Positions 62,701 to 64,000 of a stretch of DNA of 64,000 bases are shown one piece after another. Below the pieces are notes generated by a model. That model did not search any database and was not told where the DNA came from. It worked only from the letters and a program-made list of their open reading frames with translations. A program made the position numbers and the translations under genes. Numbering within the stretch: the stretch's first letter is position 1; each line of letters begins with the position of its first letter. Source of the DNA: Eledone cirrhosa (Eukaryota). The DNA is taken from contig OZ024743.1 in NCBI GenBank assembly GCA_964016885.1, positions 373,488,001-373,552,000 of the forward strand, given 5' to 3'.

Positions 62701-62775
62701 CCTTAGTTGTACCTTTTCCACAGCCTTAAATGTCTTATCCTGTGGTCTTCCTCTTCCACAGCGTTATTTGTACAC
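62701..62775. repeat. Two strongly diverged 38-bp edge monomers of the satellite
   Basis: CCTTAGTTGTACCTTTTCCACAGCCTTAAATGTCTTAT and CCTGTGGTCTTCCTCTTCCACAGCGTTATTTGTACAC align without gaps, in register, to the 38-bp variant CCTTTGGTCTATCTCTTCCACAGCATTACATGTCCATA. Confidence 0.75.
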
Positions 62776-62896
62776 TTGTGCTAGTGACGTGTTCTTCTTT
62801 TGCACACTACATCTGATTCCTCTTATGTCCAGTTTTTCCTTCAATTTATCTGTACTTTGCCATTCATGCACACTAATGTTACACACCTGGCATACC
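62740..62896 (-). mobile_element. Degenerate non-LTR retrotransposon (LINE, RTE-like) ORF2 C-terminal fragment
   Basis: One minus-strand frame reads VCNISVHEWQSTDKLKEKLDIRGIRCSVQKK-NTSLAQVYK*-RCGRGRPQ. This resembles the post-RT region of RTE-type LINEs (..RWMCxV....LREKLxI..I...VQxRRLRWYGHV....GxRxRGRPxxxW). Recognised from memory of the family, not from a search. Confidence 0.75.
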
Positions 62897-62974
62897 CTTA
62901 TTAGGAAATGATAGTTGAAATAGGAGGTGGAGAGCATAAAGAAAGAAAAATGGAAACAAAACAAAAAAAATGGA

Positions 62975-63005
62975 TTAATCTGCAACAAATATGTTTCTTT
63001 CTCAG
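62975..63005 (+). promoter_or_regulatory. Candidate 3' splice site (branch point, pyrimidine tract, CAG)
   Basis: TTAAT at 62975-62979, no AG dinucleotide between it and the acceptor, then TGTTTCTTTCTCAG ending at 63005. Confidence 0.65.
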
Positions 63006-63148
63006 CATGAAGCTCCCACTCGGAGACAGACCATCGCAGCTGAACATCTGCCTGCCTTTGTGTTTGATACTACTTTAGAACCCAAAGTGAGAGCAAGACT
63101 CATTGAGAAGGAAATGAATGAACAAGCTATTGTTGTTCAAGATCTCAA
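63006..63148 (+). CDS. Probable internal coding exon (143 nt) of an unidentified gene: HEAPTRRQTIAAEHLPAFVFDTTLEPKVRARLIEKEMNEQAIVVQDL+AA
   Basis: Bounded by TTTCTTTCTCAG| and CAA|GTAAGT. Open in phase 0 for its whole length, with a TAA appearing one codon past the donor. It is more GC-rich than its flanks and the peptide looks natural. Protein family not recognised. Confidence 0.65.
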
Positions 63149-63682
63149 GTAAGTACTCTATTGATAAATTAAAATGATAGAAAAAAGACTTTGTACAAGT
63201 TATCATTGTTTAAGATCTCAAGTAACTTTGTAGACAGATTATAATTGTTTCTACTTTCGGCACAAGGCCAGCAATTATCCCAGTGTATTACTGGTACTTT
63301 ATTTTATCGACCCCGTAAGGATGAAAGGCAAAGTTAACCTCAGCGGGATTTGAACTCAGACCATATAGGACCGTAACTCTTTGCTGCAAAGCATGGCATC
63401 CGACCCTCTATCGATACTACCAGACAGATTATAATGATAGAAAACAGACTTTGTACAAATTGTTCATGATCTCAAGTAACTTTGTAGATAAATTAAAATG
63501 ATAGAAAACATACTTTGTACTAGCTATTATTGTTGGTCATGGTTTCAAGTAACTTTGTAGATAATTTAAAATGATAGAATGGAGATTGAGTACAAGTTAT
63601 TGTTCAAGATCTCAAGTAATTTTGTAGATAAATTATAATGATAGAAACTAAGACTTTGTACAAGTTATTGTTGGTCATGGTA
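63122..63682 (+). repeat. Degenerate ~64-73-bp minisatellite (about 5 units) starting inside the exon 3' end, interrupted by a SINE
   Basis: Unit approx. ACAAGTTATTGTTCAAGATCTCAAGTAACTTTGTAGATAAATTAAAATGATAGAAAACAGACTTTGT. TCAA|GTAA recurs with GT at 63149, 63222, 63476, 63549 and 63616. Confidence 0.9.
63246..63421 (-). mobile_element. tRNA-derived SINE (octopus-type) with a 14-bp target-site duplication
   Basis: The minus strand has a B-box-like GAGTTCAAATCC (63346-63357), an A-box-like TGGTAGTATCGATAG near its 5' end, and the core TTTGCCTTTCATCCTTACGGGGTCGATAAAATAAAGTACCAG. AGACAGATTATAAT flanks it at 63232-63245 and 63422-63435. Confidence 0.85.
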
Positions 63683-63791
63683 CGAGAGGCAAAGTTAATC
63701 TCAGCAGGATTTGAACTCGGAATGCAGTGTTTCACAACAAACACTATAAGACATCTCGTATGATATCTTACAAGTTCATCAATTCACCATC
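63683..63791 (-). mobile_element. Truncated, diverged copy of the same SINE family (5' tRNA-like part)
   Basis: AGGCAAAGTTAATCTCAGCAGGATTTGAACTCGGA matches AGGCAAAGTTAACCTCAGCGGGATTTGAACTCAGA of the copy at 63326-63360. The right boundary is approximate. Confidence 0.7.
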
Positions 63792-63994
63792 CTGGATTGG
63801 TTATTTATTTTATTGACCCTGATTGGATGAAAGGCAAAATGATATTGGCAGGATTTGAACTCGGAATGCAGAGTCAGAAAAAAATGCACTGAGGCATTAT
63901 GGGCTACGCTCTAAAAATTGCCGATGTCATTTTGCCTTTCATCCAATCAGGAGTAGTAAAATAAAATACCAACCCAGGATGGGGAATTGGTGAA
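63775..63994. repeat. Inverted repeat with 76-bp arms (63775-63850 and 63919-63994) and a 68-bp loop
   Basis: Manual ungapped alignment gives 65/76 matches, including a perfect 25-bp core CCTGATTGGATGAAAGGCAAAATGA / TCATTTTGCCTTTCATCCAATCAGG. Confidence 0.92.
63792..63922 (-). mobile_element. Third diverged SINE copy
   Basis: TTTATTTTATTGACCCTGATTGGATGAAAGGCAAAATGATATTGGCAGGATTTGAACTCGGA aligns to 63298-63360. Confidence 0.75.
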
Positions 63995-64000
63995 ATTATC

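Larger units (their letters stand above)
1..62704. repeat. Tandem satellite array, 35-bp consensus CACATTACATGTCCATACCTTTGGTCTATCTCTTT; runs off the left edge of the window
   Basis: The monomer is directly readable throughout, in a single orientation, with no insertion or inversion seen. Length variants: 38 bp (CACAACATT/CACAGCATT), 33 bp (TATCTTTCAC), rare 34 and 36 bp. Recurrent substitutions: TAC/TAG/TAA, GTCC/GCCC, TTTC/TTCC. Consensus is 13/35 GC and 25/35 pyrimidine on plus, with no CpG. The last good match ends ...CATGTCCATACCTT at 62704. Confidence 0.99.

Noticed and set aside
1-62704. CRISPR array (repeat length 33-38 bp)
   Set aside because: Repeats are head-to-tail with no unique spacers, there are no cas genes or leader, and the flank is eukaryotic.
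1-62704. Telomeric or proven centromeric repeat
   Set aside because: No telomere-type short repeat is present. Centromere function cannot be read from sequence, and the array adjoins a probable exon.
1-62704. Variant order as an information code or diversity-generating cassette library
   Set aside because: The pattern is explained by nested duplications and whole-monomer indels. No recombinase, intact reverse transcriptase or expression site is visible.
1-62704. Minus-strand donor-like AAG|GTATGG and p53-like GGACATGTAA in each monomer
   Set aside because: No minus-strand gene is supported, and the p53-like site is a lone half-site with two mismatches. Both fall within the LINE-derived YGHVM codons.
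17-62729. Hundreds of overlapping plus-strand ORFs up to 684 aa (MSIPLVYLFHITCPYLWSISFTLHVHTFGLSLSHY repeats)
   Set aside because: The 35-bp consensus has no plus-strand stop in any frame, so all three frames give the same cyclic 35-aa peptide. TAG/TAA variants and frame-changing 33/34/36-bp units are scattered freely, showing no coding constraint. The minus strand has stops in every monomer.
62654-62911. Plus-strand 85-aa ORF crossing the array boundary
   Set aside because: It starts in the satellite and continues antisense to the LINE remnant, so it is a chance open frame.
62764-62988. Minus-strand 74-aa ORF as a host gene
   Set aside because: The N-terminal half is translated low-complexity T-rich sequence and the C-terminal half is a decayed LINE fragment with an internal stop.
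63006-63148. Assigning the exon to an ABCA transporter (AIVVQDL resembles the strand before an ABC domain)
   Set aside because: The similarity covers only a few residues with no diagnostic motif, so the exon is left unassigned.
63340-63425. tRNA gene suggested by A/B-box-like motifs
   Set aside because: No cloverleaf is evident. The motifs are the head of a TSD-flanked SINE that is repeated twice more nearby.

Overview
Eukaryotic, non-coding window. Bases 1 to ~62,704 are one uninterrupted head-to-tail satellite array (roughly 1,750-1,800 monomers) of a 35-bp unit, CACATTACATGTCCATACCTTTGGTCTATCTCTTT, with 33/34/36/38-bp variants and nested kilobase-scale duplications. The hundreds of plus-strand ORFs are artefacts of this repeat. 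The last 1.3 kb is the array's right flank. It holds two decayed edge monomers, a minus-strand LINE (RTE-like) ORF2 remnant, a probable 143-nt internal coding exon on the plus strand, a ~70-bp minisatellite copied from that exon's splice donor, tRNA-derived SINE copies (one with a 14-bp TSD) and a 76-bp inverted repeat. The SINE and LINE pieces match my recollection of abundant octopus repeats, so the source is probably an octopus or other coleoid cephalopod (inference, no search run). The most notable observation is that the monomer, read on the minus strand, is a fusion of two LINE ORF2 motifs, (W)YGHVM and CGRGRP. A parental-type LINE remnant abuts the array in the same orientation, and the whole array may lie inside an intron.
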